DNA of 64,000 nucleotides from a virus. The DNA lies in the IMG/VR virus record IMGVR_UViG_3300038675_001020, positions 3,944 to 67,943 of that record; one strand, given 5' to 3'. Under the pieces are notes generated by a model. The model was not told the DNA's origin. It ran no database searches and saw only the letters and a list, made by a program, of their open reading frames with translations. The position numbers and the translations under genes are program-made. Shown here one piece after another: positions 26,312-35,908 of the stretch. The stretch's first letter is position 1; each line of letters opens with the position of its first letter.

Positions 26312-27857
26312 CGAGAAGAAAGCCCGCCGGGTGATCGACTTCATCCAGTGCCTCAGGCACACCAAGGGCGAGTTCCACGGCAAGCCTTTTCGCTTGCTGC
26401 CTTGGCAGGAGAAGATCATCCGGGACGTGTTCGGCACCGTGCGCGAGGACGACCCCACCATGCGCCAGTACACCACGGCATACATCGAAATACCGAAGAA
26501 GCAAGGGAAATCTGAGCTGGGCGCAGCCATTGCACTCAATATGCTGGTCAACGACGATGAATGGAAGGCGGAGGTCTACTCCTGCGCCTCCGACCGGCAA
26601 CAAGCGGCCATCGTGTTCGACGTGGCTGTGGACATGGTCAAGCAGTCCCCGGCGCTCATGAAGCGCATCAAGATCATCCCCTCCATGAAGCGCATGGTCT
26701 ACCAGCCTACGGGCAGCATCTATCAGGTGCTGTCCAGCGAGGTGGCGACCAAACACGGCCTCAATGTGTCCGCCTGTATCTTCGACGAGCTGCACACCCA
26801 GCCCACGCGCGCCCTCTACGACGTCATGACGCAGGGCAGCGGCGACGCGCGCAAACAACCGCTGTGGTTTTTCCTGACCACAGCGGGCACCGACCGCAAT
26901 TCCATCTGCTGGGAAGTCCATCAGAAGGCGCTGGACATCCTCGAAGGGCGCAAGCATGATCCGCGATTCTATCCCGTGATTTTCGGCCTTCCTGACGACG
27001 CCGACTGGCAGGATGAGAAGAACTGGTACAAAGCCAACCCTTCGCTGGGGCACACGATCACCATCGACAAGGTGCGCGACGCCTATCATAAGGCGCTGGA
27101 AACGCCCGCCGACGAGAACATGTTCCGGCAACTGCGATTGAACCAGTGGGTGAAACAGTCCGTGCGTTGGATGCCCATGGACAAGTGGGACGAATGCGGC
27201 GGCGTAGTCGATTCGTATGCGCTGGAAGGAAGACCATGTTACGCGGGTCTCGACCTTTCCTCAACCAGTGACCTGACGGCACTGGTGTTGGTATTCCCGC
27301 CGGTTTCAGAGGATGAGCCGTATAAAGCGCTGCCGTTTTTCTGGCTGCCGGAGGACACGCTTTCCCTGCGTGTGCGGCGCGACCATGTGCCCTATGATCA
27401 ATGGGTGAAGCAGGGCTTTATCCAGACCACGGAGGGAAACGTCGTACACTATGGGTTCATCGAGAAATTCATTTGTCAACTTGGTGAGCGCTACAACATC
27501 CGGGAGATTGCGCATGACCGCTGGAATGCGACGATGATGGTGCAGACGCTGCAAGAAGACGGTTTCACCATGGTGCCCTTTGGACAGGGCTTTCGAGACA
27601 TGTCTCCGCCAACCAAGGAACTGATGCGCATCGTTTTAGAACATAAGCTAGCACATGGCGGACATCCGGTATTGCGTTGGAACATGGACAACGCCTATGT
27701 GCGCACCGACCCGGCGGGGAATCTGAAGCTTGACAAGGAGAAGTCCACGGAGAAGGTGGACGGGGCGGTAGCGCTGGTCATGGCGCTGGACAGGGCTATG
27801 AAGAACCTGAACGGCGGAGACTCGGTGTACAACCATCGCGGACTGCTCATTCTGTAG
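26304..27857 (+). CDS. terL: Terminase large subunit
   Basis: LLPWQ, IPKKQGKS, IFDELH, TTAG, GLDLSSTSD, KVDGAVA. Confidence 0.95.
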   Translation: MIDEKKARRVIDFIQCLRHTKGEFHGKPFRLLPWQEKIIRDVFGTVREDDPTMRQYTTAYIEIPKKQGKSELGAAIALNMLVNDDEWKAEVYSCASDRQQAAIVFDVAVDMVKQSPALMKRIKIIPSMKRMVYQPTGSIYQVLSSEVATKHGLNVSACIFDELHTQPTRALYDVMTQGSGDARKQPLWFFLTTAGTDRNSICWEVHQKALDILEGRKHDPRFYPVIFGLPDDADWQDEKNWYKANPSLGHTITIDKVRDAYHKALETPADENMFRQLRLNQWVKQSVRWMPMDKWDECGGVVDSYALEGRPCYAGLDLSSTSDLTALVLVFPPVSEDEPYKALPFFWLPEDTLSLRVRRDHVPYDQWVKQGFIQTTEGNVVHYGFIEKFICQLGERYNIREIAHDRWNATMMVQTLQEDGFTMVPFGQGFRDMSPPTKELMRIVLEHKLAHGGHPVLRWNMDNAYVRTDPAGNLKLDKEKSTEKVDGAVALVMALDRAMKNLNGGDSVYNHRGLLIL

Positions 27858-27907
27858 GCGGTGAGAGCACCCCAAAAGGGAGAAGGAAAGAACCGAGGTG
27901 AAAAGCA

Positions 27908-28246
27908 ATGCCCAAAAGTCCAAAGCGGCCCTGCCGGTACCCCGGCTGTCCCAATCTGTGCGAGAAAGGGACGTATTGCGCAGACCACCAGAGCGAAGCT
28001 CCGGAACGCTGGCGGGGCAGTGCCGCGGAGCGCGGATATGGCGCGGACTGGCGGAAAGCCCGCAGGCGTTTTCTGGCGAGTAATCCCCTATGCGCCGCCT
28101 GCTTGAAGCGCGGTGTGCTGACGCCCGCGACGGTGGTTGACCATATCCTGCCGCATCGGGGCAATCCGCGGCTCTTCTGGGACGAAAGGAACTGGCAGCC
28201 GTTGTGCAAACAGTGTCATGACCGGAAGACGGGCAGAGGAATGTAA
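27908..28246 (+). CDS. Packaging-type HNH endonuclease (HK97 gp74-like)
   Basis: RGYG..W...R, PLCAAC, VVDHILPHRG, NWQPLCKQCHDRKT. Confidence 0.88.
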   Translation: MPKSPKRPCRYPGCPNLCEKGTYCADHQSEAPERWRGSAAERGYGADWRKARRRFLASNPLCAACLKRGVLTPATVVDHILPHRGNPRLFWDERNWQPLCKQCHDRKTGRGM

Positions 28247-28265
28247 AATGTAATCAGAGAAGGAT

Positions 28266-29615
28266 GTGCATATTGTGAAAAACCCATTTTCCCGCCTATT
28301 CCGCGCGAGAGACAAGCCGAATACCCCCTTTCCCCAGGATGCTGTTTCCGCCGCACCTACATTTTCCTTCGGCTCCAGCATGTCCGGCAAGTCGGTCACG
28401 CCGTCCAGCGCTATACAGGTATCGGCGGTCTACGCCTGCGTGCGGGTCATTGCGGAAACCATCGCCAGCCTGCCGCTGCACGTGTATGAATCGACCGCCG
28501 CGGGCAGCCGCAAGGCCAACGAGCATCCGCTTTACCGCCTGCTGCACGACGAGCCGAACACGGAGATGACCAGCTTCATCTGGCGAGAGGTCATGCTCTC
28601 GCACCTACTCTTGTGGGGGAATTCGTACTGCCAGATTCTCCGCAGCGGGCGAAGCAAGATCGTGGGACTTTACCCGCTACTGCCCGACCACATGGCGGTG
28701 GATCGGGACAGCAAGGGCAAACTGACCTACACCTACACGACCAGCGAGGGCCGCATGGAGCAGCTGAATCCGGAGGATGTGCTGCACATCCCCGGTCTCG
28801 GCTTTGACGGCGTCATGGGCTACAGCCCCATCGCGCTGGAGAAGGCGGCCATTGGGCTGGGCATCGCCGCGGAGGAGTACGGCAGCAAGTTCTTCCAGAA
28901 CGGCGCGCGGCCCAGCGGCATCCTGACGCACCCGAATACGGTCAAGGATCCCGCCGCCCTTCGGGCCAGCTGGAACGCGGCCTATGGCGGCTCCGGCAAT
29001 GCCAGCCGCGTGGCGGTTTTAGAGGAGGGCATGACCTTCGTGCCCCTGTCGATGCCGAATAATGAGGCACAATTCCTCGAAACCCGCAAGTTTCAGGTGA
29101 CGGAGATATGCCGCATCTTTCGCGTGCCGCCGCACATGATCGGCGATTTGGAGCGGGCGACGTTCAGCAATATTGAGAGCCAGAACATCTCGTTTGCAGT
29201 ACACACCATCCGGCCATGGCTGGTGCGCATTGAGCAGGCGATCAATAAGACGCTCATCCCGGAGAACGAGAAGGGCCGGTATTATGCGCAGTTTAACATC
29301 GACGGGTTAATGCGAGGCGACTACAAGAGCCGAATGGAGGGCTATGCCATCGCGCGGCAGAACGGCTGGATGAGCGCCAACGACATCCGCGCGCTGGAGA
29401 ACCTCAATCCCATCTCCGAGGAAGAGGGTGGAAACGCGTATCTGGTCAACGGCAACATGATTCCTATCAGCCTCGCGGGGCTGGGCGTGCTGCTGGGGCT
29501 GGCGGCGCAGGGCGAGACAGAGCCAGCGGAGGAAGAACCAGCGGAGGGAACAACTTCAGCGGAGGAAGAAGGTGAAGAAAACGGCGAAACCACTGACGCT
29601 GGGCAGTCTGTTTGA
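28266..29615 (+). CDS. Portal protein, HK97 family
   Basis: VYACVRVIAETIASLPL, LLLWGN, FFQNGARPSG, EICRIFRVPP. Confidence 0.95.
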   Translation: MHIVKNPFSRLFRARDKPNTPFPQDAVSAAPTFSFGSSMSGKSVTPSSAIQVSAVYACVRVIAETIASLPLHVYESTAAGSRKANEHPLYRLLHDEPNTEMTSFIWREVMLSHLLLWGNSYCQILRSGRSKIVGLYPLLPDHMAVDRDSKGKLTYTYTTSEGRMEQLNPEDVLHIPGLGFDGVMGYSPIALEKAAIGLGIAAEEYGSKFFQNGARPSGILTHPNTVKDPAALRASWNAAYGGSGNASRVAVLEEGMTFVPLSMPNNEAQFLETRKFQVTEICRIFRVPPHMIGDLERATFSNIESQNISFAVHTIRPWLVRIEQAINKTLIPENEKGRYYAQFNIDGLMRGDYKSRMEGYAIARQNGWMSANDIRALENLNPISEEEGGNAYLVNGNMIPISLAGLGVLLGLAAQGETEPAEEEPAEGTTSAEEEGEENGETTDAGQSV

Positions 29616-31317
29616 CGGCATCGGGGGCTTCCCTCTTGCGGGGAAGTATGCGGGCATACGCCCCGTGTGGGCGTCGGAGATCGAGCCGTTCCCGATACGG
29701 GTGACAGAAAAGCGGCTGCCGGAGATGAAGCACTACGGAGATATTCATGGCCTGCACGGCGCGAAACTTGAACCCGTGGACGTGATCACCTTTGGCTCGC
29801 CCTGTCAGGACGTTTCCATAGCAGGCAAGCGGGAAGGATTGTCCGGCGGACGATCCGGCCTGTTTTTCGAGGCAATCCGCGTCATCCGGGAAATGAGGGA
29901 GGCAACGAATGGAGAATATCCCAAATGGGCTGTGTGGGAGAACGTGCCGGGCGCGCTGTCCTCTCACAATGGGGAGGACTTCCGGCAAGTCCTCGAAAGC
30001 CTCATCCGCGTCCAGGAACCCGAAGCAGATGTTCCTCTGCCTGCGGGAGGACGCTGGCTGCCGGCCGGGGAGATCATGGGCGACGGTTATTCTCTCGCCT
30101 GGCGCATCCTCGACGCCGCGCAGGGTTGGGGCGTCGCACAAAGACGGAAACGTGTATTTGTTGTCCTCGATCTTGCAGGCGGACGCGCCGGAGAAGTACT
30201 GTTTGAGTCCGAAGGCTTGTCAGGGTATACTCCGCCGGGCGCAAAAGCGCGGCAAGGAGCTGCCGGAGGTGCTGAGGATAGCGCTGGAGCGGCAGGCCGC
30301 GCGGAACGAAGCGCAGGAGGCTTCTGTACAGGTCAGAGCGGCGGAAGCCGAAGCGACGGGTACGGTGAAGAGCGCACGCCCACAATACGCGGAGGCAAAC
30401 CGCCCGGTGTTGCCATAGAATTCAACCCCACAGCCAGCCGCATCGGCTTGCGCAAAGACGGCGTATGCCAGACACTCTGCTCACGCATGGGAACGGGCGG
30501 AAACAATGTTCCCCTGACCCTGAAGATCCGCGCAGGCTGTGATGGCGGCGGTAAAGGCGCGCTTATTCAGCACGACCTGCCGGCGACGCTGGGCTGCCAC
30601 AACGACCAGACGCTGTTCGCGCCGAAAGCCTTCGGCATAGGCTCCGCGGAAAGTAAAGGACTGCTTTCCCCAAACCCGAAGAGCGGGTTTTACGAAGCGG
30701 CGACCAGCCGGACGCTCGACCGGAGCGGCGGCAACGCCTGCTGCAATCAGGGCGGCATGGTGGTGGTATCGCCCGCTTACAGCATCCGCCCGATGGTCAA
30801 TACCCAGACGCAGCAGGAACAAACGCCCTCGCTCATGGCGCGCGACAGCAAGGATCCGCTGCTGGTCAGCCTGCCATCCTACTGCCTTGACCGCGCCTGT
30901 TTCACATCCGGCGAGAACGCTCAGTACCGCCTGAGCGTGCGGGCAGAAGTTGCCGCCACGCTGGTCGCCGAGGGGCCGGGCGCGATCTCCGCGCCGCCGG
31001 AAGAATACCTCGTGCGCCGGCTGACGCCGCTGGAGTGCTGCCGGCTGCAAGGATTCCCCGACGGCTGGACGGAGCATCTGGAGACAGAGGAACCCGGTGA
31101 GCAGGAGATCGCCAGGTGGGTTGGGGTGTTTGAGGATTGGTACCGCGCACAGGGAAAGACGGCGCGGGCCAGCCTGGGGAAAATTGCAAAATGGCTGAAG
31201 AACCCGCGCACGGATTCAGCGGAGTACAAGGCATACGGCAACAGCGTGGCTGTGCCGTGTGTCTTTTTTGTGCTTGCCGGCATTGCGTGGGCGGAGAATC
31301 GAGGTGATGAGACTTGA
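29572..31317 (+). CDS. C5 cytosine DNA methyltransferase
   Basis: Motif I LFDGIGG, IV GSPCQD, VI ENV, VIII QRRKRVF, IX RRLTPLECCRLQGFP, X YGNSV. Confidence 0.93.
   Translation: MKKTAKPLTLGSLFDGIGGFPLAGKYAGIRPVWASEIEPFPIRVTEKRLPEMKHYGDIHGLHGAKLEPVDVITFGSPCQDVSIAGKREGLSGGRSGLFFEAIRVIREMREATNGEYPKWAVWENVPGALSSHNGEDFRQVLESLIRVQEPEADVPLPAGGRWLPAGEIMGDGYSLAWRILDAAQGWGVAQRRKRVFVVLDLAGGRAGEVLFESEGLSGYTPPGAKARQGAAGGAEDSAGAAGRAERSAGGFCTGQSGGSRSDGYGEERTPTIRGGKPPGVAIEFNPTASRIGLRKDGVCQTLCSRMGTGGNNVPLTLKIRAGCDGGGKGALIQHDLPATLGCHNDQTLFAPKAFGIGSAESKGLLSPNPKSGFYEAATSRTLDRSGGNACCNQGGMVVVSPAYSIRPMVNTQTQQEQTPSLMARDSKDPLLVSLPSYCLDRACFTSGENAQYRLSVRAEVAATLVAEGPGAISAPPEEYLVRRLTPLECCRLQGFPDGWTEHLETEEPGEQEIARWVGVFEDWYRAQGKTARASLGKIAKWLKNPRTDSAEYKAYGNSVAVPCVFFVLAGIAWAENRGDET
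29909..30418 (+). CDS. Nested +1-frame ORF in the C5 methyltransferase (putative second subunit)
   Basis: GGAGG 6 nt before ATG; C-terminus LSSILQADAPEKYCLSPKACQGILRRAQKRGKELP resembles the L.DILE....EKY.LS segment of C5 MTases. Confidence 0.7.
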   Translation: MENIPNGLCGRTCRARCPLTMGRTSGKSSKASSASRNPKQMFLCLREDAGCRPGRSWATVILSPGASSTPRRVGASHKDGNVYLLSSILQADAPEKYCLSPKACQGILRRAQKRGKELPEVLRIALERQAARNEAQEASVQVRAAEAEATGTVKSARPQYAEANRPVLP

Positions 31318-32156
31318 GAGAAATCCACCTGAACGGCTATATCGACGACGAGGAGTGGTTTGGGGACGAGATTACGCCGGATGCGCTTCATGAGCTGCTC
31401 TACCCGCCGGATGCAGAAGACCCGGATTCGTATGACGACCTGCGCATCGTGCTCAACAGCTACGGCGGATCGTGCAACGCGGCGGTGCGGATGTTTGACG
31501 ATCTTCGCGCCTATCCGGGCAATGTTCACATCATCGTCTCCGGGACGGCGGCTTCGGCGGCGACGGTGCTGGCCACGGCGGCGGACCGGCTGGAGATGAC
31601 GCAGGGTTCGCTTTGGATGATCCACGATCCGTCCGTGGCGGCCTGGGGAGACGAGCGGGATCTGGCGGAAGCGATCCGACTTCTTCGGGCGTGCAAGGAG
31701 AGCATTCTCAACGTGTATGGCAGGCGCTGCCGTAAGCCCCGCGAGGAAATTGGCGCCATGATGCGCGACACAACATGGATGGACGCGAGCGCGGCATTGC
31801 AGGACGGGTTTATCGACGGAATTGTGGACATGGGCAGCGGGGTTGTAAACGCCGCCTTTTGTCATGAAACAAATCTGGCGGAGGCCAAGGAAAAGGTGGC
31901 GGCATGGCTGGAGCGCAGTCGCCCAAAGTGCCTCCGCGCTGTGGCGAGGCAAAAGGACACGTCTGAGCCGGAAGAACCTGCAGCGGAACAGCCTGAAGCC
32001 ACCAAACCACAGACCGAGCCCATTGCAGCCAAAGAAGCACCCCAACAGGCTGCGCCGGAGCGGGAAGTTCCCCCGGAACCGCAGCCTGTAAAGCCCGGTG
32101 TTCCCGCCGTTCAGCTCATGAAGCGGCTGGAACTCATTACACCAAGCAGACGATAA
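31314..32156 (+). CDS. ClpP-like (S14) prohead protease
   Basis: LNSYGG, AASAA, MIHDP, TWM..A...GFID; TTG start. Confidence 0.9.
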   Translation: MREIHLNGYIDDEEWFGDEITPDALHELLYPPDAEDPDSYDDLRIVLNSYGGSCNAAVRMFDDLRAYPGNVHIIVSGTAASAATVLATAADRLEMTQGSLWMIHDPSVAAWGDERDLAEAIRLLRACKESILNVYGRRCRKPREEIGAMMRDTTWMDASAALQDGFIDGIVDMGSGVVNAAFCHETNLAEAKEKVAAWLERSRPKCLRAVARQKDTSEPEEPAAEQPEATKPQTEPIAAKEAPQQAAPEREVPPEPQPVKPGVPAVQLMKRLELITPSRR

Positions 32157-32177
32157 GACCCAAAGAGGAGGAAATGT

Positions 32178-33377
32178 ATGAACGGGATTCTCGAAATGCG
32201 CGAAAAGCGCGGGCAGATCTGGGACAGGGCCAAGGCGTTCCTCAAGGAGCATCAGGATGAGAATGGGATGCTCTCCGCCGAGGACGCGGCGGAGTACGAG
32301 CGCATGGAGCAGGAGGTGGTTGAGCTGGGCCGCGTTATCGACCGCGAGGAGCGCGCCGCGCAGATGGAGCGCGAGCTGAACGCACCGACGATGACGCCGC
32401 TGGCCTCCCGACCGGAAACGCGCCCCGATAGCCGCCCCGGCCGCAGCTCGGACGAGTATAAGGCCGCGTTCTGGACGGCCATGCGCAATCGCGGCGGACA
32501 TTTTTCCGTGCAGAACGCGCTGCAGATCGGCGACGATGCAGAAGGCGGCTATCTTGTGCCGGACGAATACGAGCGCACCCTCGTGGACGCGCTGCAGGAG
32601 GAAAACCGCCTGCGCGGTCTGTGCAAGATCATCCGCACCAGCTCCGGCGACCGCAAGATCCCGCTGGTGGCCTCCCATGGCACGGCGAGCTGGGTCGAGG
32701 AGGAAGGCACGATTCCCGAGTCCGACGACGCCTTCGGACAGATCACCATCGGGGCGCACAAGATCGCGTCCATGATCAAGGTGTCGGACGAACTGCTGCA
32801 GGACAGCGTATTCGACGTCGCCAGCTACATCGCTACGGAGTTTGCGCGCCGGGTGGGCGACGCGGAGGAAGCCGCGTTCATCAGCGGCGACGGCTCGGGC
32901 AAGCCCTACGGTATGCTGCATGCCACCAACGGCGCGGCGGCGGGCGTAACCGCGGCCAGCGCCACAGCCATTACGGCAGACGAACTGCTCGACCTGATCT
33001 ATTCGCTACGCGCGCCCTACCGCAAGCGTGCGGTGTTCCTGATGCACGATTCGACCATCAAGGCCATCCGCAAATTGAAGGACGGAAACGGACAATACCT
33101 CTGGCAGCCGGGCATGAAGGAAGGCGCGCCGGATATGCTGCTGGGCTACCGGCTGGTGACCTCGACGCACATGCCGGTGATCGCGGCGGCGGCAAAGCCG
33201 ATCCTCTTCGGCGACCTGACGAGCTACTGGATCGCGGATCGCGAGGGCCGCTCCATGCAGCGGTTGAACGAACTGTACGCGGCGACTGGTCAGGTGGGCT
33301 TTCGCGTGACGCAGCGCGTGGACGGACGGCTGGTGCAGACCGAGGGTCTCAAGTGTCTGGCCATGAAGAGCGCGTAA
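32178..33377 (+). CDS. Major capsid protein, HK97 family
   Basis: Coiled-coil delta domain, GGYLVP, WVEE, VSDELLQDS, LKDGNGQYLW. Confidence 0.95.
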   Translation: MNGILEMREKRGQIWDRAKAFLKEHQDENGMLSAEDAAEYERMEQEVVELGRVIDREERAAQMERELNAPTMTPLASRPETRPDSRPGRSSDEYKAAFWTAMRNRGGHFSVQNALQIGDDAEGGYLVPDEYERTLVDALQEENRLRGLCKIIRTSSGDRKIPLVASHGTASWVEEEGTIPESDDAFGQITIGAHKIASMIKVSDELLQDSVFDVASYIATEFARRVGDAEEAAFISGDGSGKPYGMLHATNGAAAGVTAASATAITADELLDLIYSLRAPYRKRAVFLMHDSTIKAIRKLKDGNGQYLWQPGMKEGAPDMLLGYRLVTSTHMPVIAAAAKPILFGDLTSYWIADREGRSMQRLNELYAATGQVGFRVTQRVDGRLVQTEGLKCLAMKSA

Positions 33378-33437
33378 GGGAAACACGCGTTGACCAGCAC
33401 CCCAAAACCGAACAGTAAGGGGATTGGAGGATGAAAT

Positions 33438-33692
33438 ATGGAACACACGGCACGAAACTTTCACGCGCACGGCGGCGCAGAATGGGTGATCGGCGGAAAG
33501 CTGACATTTCTGCCCGGCGCGACCGTCGAGGGCGCGGAGGGGCTGTTCGATTTGCCCCATGGCGGCGAATCCAGTTTGCCCTACATCGCGGACAGCGAAG
33601 CGGGCACGGTGGCGGCGCTCAGGGAGGACTTCAACGCGCTGCTCGCCGCCCTGCGGGAAGCCGGCCTCATGGCGGGCGCGCCGGTCGAGTGA
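33438..33692 (+). CDS. Head fibre/decoration-like small protein
   Basis: GG..WVIGGKL, FNALLAALREAGLM; follows capsid gene. Confidence 0.7.
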   Translation: MEHTARNFHAHGGAEWVIGGKLTFLPGATVEGAEGLFDLPHGGESSLPYIADSEAGTVAALREDFNALLAALREAGLMAGAPVE

Positions 33693-33703
33693 GGTGAGGA
33701 TAG

Positions 33704-33988
33704 ATGCTCGTCTCGGTGGATGAGGTAAAGGCCCATCTGCGCATCGATCAGGATGAGGAGGATCTGTATCTGGAAAGCCTGATCCGGCAGGCGCAGGCCG
33801 CGGCGGAGGATTACTGCCGCGTGTCCTTTGAGGATGACGCGCCGGAGCCCGTCCGGCTAGCGATCCTGCTCTTCGTGGGCTTTTACTACGAGAACCGCGA
33901 CCTGCCCGACCGCACGACCTATGGCACGATGCGCATCGCCTTTCAGCACCTGCTCTATCCCTACCGCGACCCGGAGAAGATGTTCTGA
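33704..33988 (+). CDS. Head-tail connector (gp6-like)
   Basis: EVKAHLRID, AILL....YENR. Confidence 0.88.
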   Translation: MLVSVDEVKAHLRIDQDEEDLYLESLIRQAQAAAEDYCRVSFEDDAPEPVRLAILLFVGFYYENRDLPDRTTYGTMRIAFQHLLYPYRDPEKMF

Positions 33989-34021
33989 AGCAAGATGAAC
34001 CCGAGGAGGAGGTGAAGCCGC

Positions 34022-34381
34022 TTGCGAGGTTATAAAAACTTTGAATCCGACCCGCATCCCGGCGACCTGCGGCACTTGGTGGAGATCGGGTATACGGAGA
34101 ATGCCGTCAATGACAACGGCTACCCCGAGCCCAAGGATGTGGTTGTCTGCAAAGCGTGGGCGAGCGTCGTGGACGCGGGCAACCAGCACTACCGCGCCGC
34201 CGACGTGATGAACACCGAGCAGGTGATCAACTTCACCATTCGCTATCGGTCGGACATCAAGCCCGGCATGTGGGTGCGCTTCCGGGGTGAAAAGTGGGAC
34301 ATCTCCACGCTGGGCGAGTATTCGTTCAAGTGTACCTACCTTGGCCTGAAGGCGTCGCTGTCGAAGGGAGTGAGCGGTTAA
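34022..34381 (+). CDS. Head closure/adaptor protein
   Basis: GDLRHLV, FTIRYR.DI...M.V; synteny. Confidence 0.82.
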   Translation: MRGYKNFESDPHPGDLRHLVEIGYTENAVNDNGYPEPKDVVVCKAWASVVDAGNQHYRAADVMNTEQVINFTIRYRSDIKPGMWVRFRGEKWDISTLGEYSFKCTYLGLKASLSKGVSG

Positions 34382-34750
34382 ATGCGTCAGGTGCAGGAGG
34401 CGCTCAAGGATATTGGCATCCCGGTCATGGCGGGCGTGTGGCGCGCGACTTCGCCGAACCAAAATCCGCCCACCCAGTATGTTGTGTACTCCTCTACGAC
34501 TACCGAGGCGTCCCATCAGGATGACCATGTCACATCCTATCGCACTTTCGTCTACCTCAACCTCTGGAGCGATATCGACCCGACAGACATGGCGAACCGC
34601 ATCCGCGAGGCGATGTACGCATACGGCTTTTTCATGGTGGAAGAGTCGGATAAAGGCTACAATCAGCCCGCCTACGACACCGCCACCACGCAGTACACGG
34701 TGCAGTGGACGTGGTGCTGGCGGGAGGAGGTGGCGCCTCATGCCCCTTGA
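34382..34750 (+). CDS. Putative tail completion protein
   Basis: Size, synteny, YVVY....E / LWS pattern. Confidence 0.65.
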   Translation: MRQVQEALKDIGIPVMAGVWRATSPNQNPPTQYVVYSSTTTEASHQDDHVTSYRTFVYLNLWSDIDPTDMANRIREAMYAYGFFMVEESDKGYNQPAYDTATTQYTVQWTWCWREEVAPHAP

Positions 34751-35168
34751 AACGGACGGCTTTGACGGCCTCATGACCGACATTGCGGGCATGGCCCGGC
34801 GCATGGACGCAGACGGCGAGGGCGCGGGAACGGCAAAGCGCATTCTGGAAGCCGCCGCCGTGCCCATCCATCAGCAGATGAAAGCCAACGCCACGAGGGA
34901 TCCACGCAGGCGTTCGGGCGATCTGCACGCGGCGCTGAACATCGGCAAGGTCAAGCGCAGCAAAAAGCGCGGCACGCGCATCACCATAGGCGTCCATCGA
35001 AAGGACTGGAACCACGAGGACTACTATCCCTCATTCGTCGAGTACGGCCATGCAGGACCGGCTCCCGCGCCCGCGCATCCCTACATCCGTCCCGCATATG
35101 ACACCCGAGCGGATGAGTCCTATGAGATCATCCGCGAGGGCCTGCGGGACGCGATTGATAAAACTTGA
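34740..35168 (+). CDS. HK97 gp10-like tail component
   Basis: SGDL, FVEYG, PAHPYIRPA. Confidence 0.85.
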   Translation: MPLETDGFDGLMTDIAGMARRMDADGEGAGTAKRILEAAAVPIHQQMKANATRDPRRRSGDLHAALNIGKVKRSKKRGTRITIGVHRKDWNHEDYYPSFVEYGHAGPAPAPAHPYIRPAYDTRADESYEIIREGLRDAIDKT

Positions 35169-35183
35169 TTGGAGGAATAAACC

Positions 35184-35798
35184 ATGCCTACACCCACTGC
35201 ATCCCCGCAGGTCGCCTCGACTGTGGGTCTCAAAAACGTGGTCATCGCGCCGCTGACGTCGGACACCGAGACCGAGCACACCTACGGCGAACTGCAGCTC
35301 ATGGCGGGCGCGATTGAGGCGTCCATCACCCCGGAGAACGCCGATCCGGATGTCCAATATGCGGATGACATCGAATTCGACACCTTGTATCCCGACCCGG
35401 AGCTGACCTTCTCGACCTCCATGGCGGACATTCCGCTGAGCATACAGGAGCAGATCTTTGGCAACCAGATCGATGACAACGGCGTGCTGGTGCGCACGGC
35501 GTCGGACCGGCCGCCCTATTTCGCCGTGGGCTTCAAGTCGGAGAAATCGGACGGCACTTACCGCTTCGTCTGGCTGTACAAGGTGCGCGCCAAGCCCATG
35601 ACCGAGAACTACAAGACGAAAGAGGGGCAAACCATTACCCGCCAGAACGGCTCGGTCGAATGGACGGCCATCAAGCGAACCCATGACGGGCGCTATCAGG
35701 CCGTGGCGGACGAGGGCCAGAATGGATTTGATGCCACAAAGGCATCGACTTTCCTGGAGACCGTCTACGAGCCGGCGTTCACAGGAGATGGACCGTAA
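35184..35798 (+). CDS. Major tail protein (phi13 family)
   Basis: GLKNV..A, YADD, PPYFAVGFKS, WLYK. Confidence 0.9.
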   Translation: MPTPTASPQVASTVGLKNVVIAPLTSDTETEHTYGELQLMAGAIEASITPENADPDVQYADDIEFDTLYPDPELTFSTSMADIPLSIQEQIFGNQIDDNGVLVRTASDRPPYFAVGFKSEKSDGTYRFVWLYKVRAKPMTENYKTKEGQTITRQNGSVEWTAIKRTHDGRYQAVADEGQNGFDATKASTFLETVYEPAFTGDGP

Positions 35799-35842
35799 CA
35801 GAAGGACGGCGAAGGAGAATCTTCCTTTATATATGAACATTT

Positions 35843-35890
35843 GGAGCACACCGCGGCCGGGCAGACCGGCTCGCGGTGTGCTCCTGTTTT
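35843..35890 (+). terminator. Long hairpin/terminator after the major tail protein gene
   Basis: ggagcacaccgcg...cgcggtgtgctcc followed by tgtttt. Confidence 0.6.
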
Positions 35891-35908
35891 GGACGGGAGG
35901 TGAGAAAC

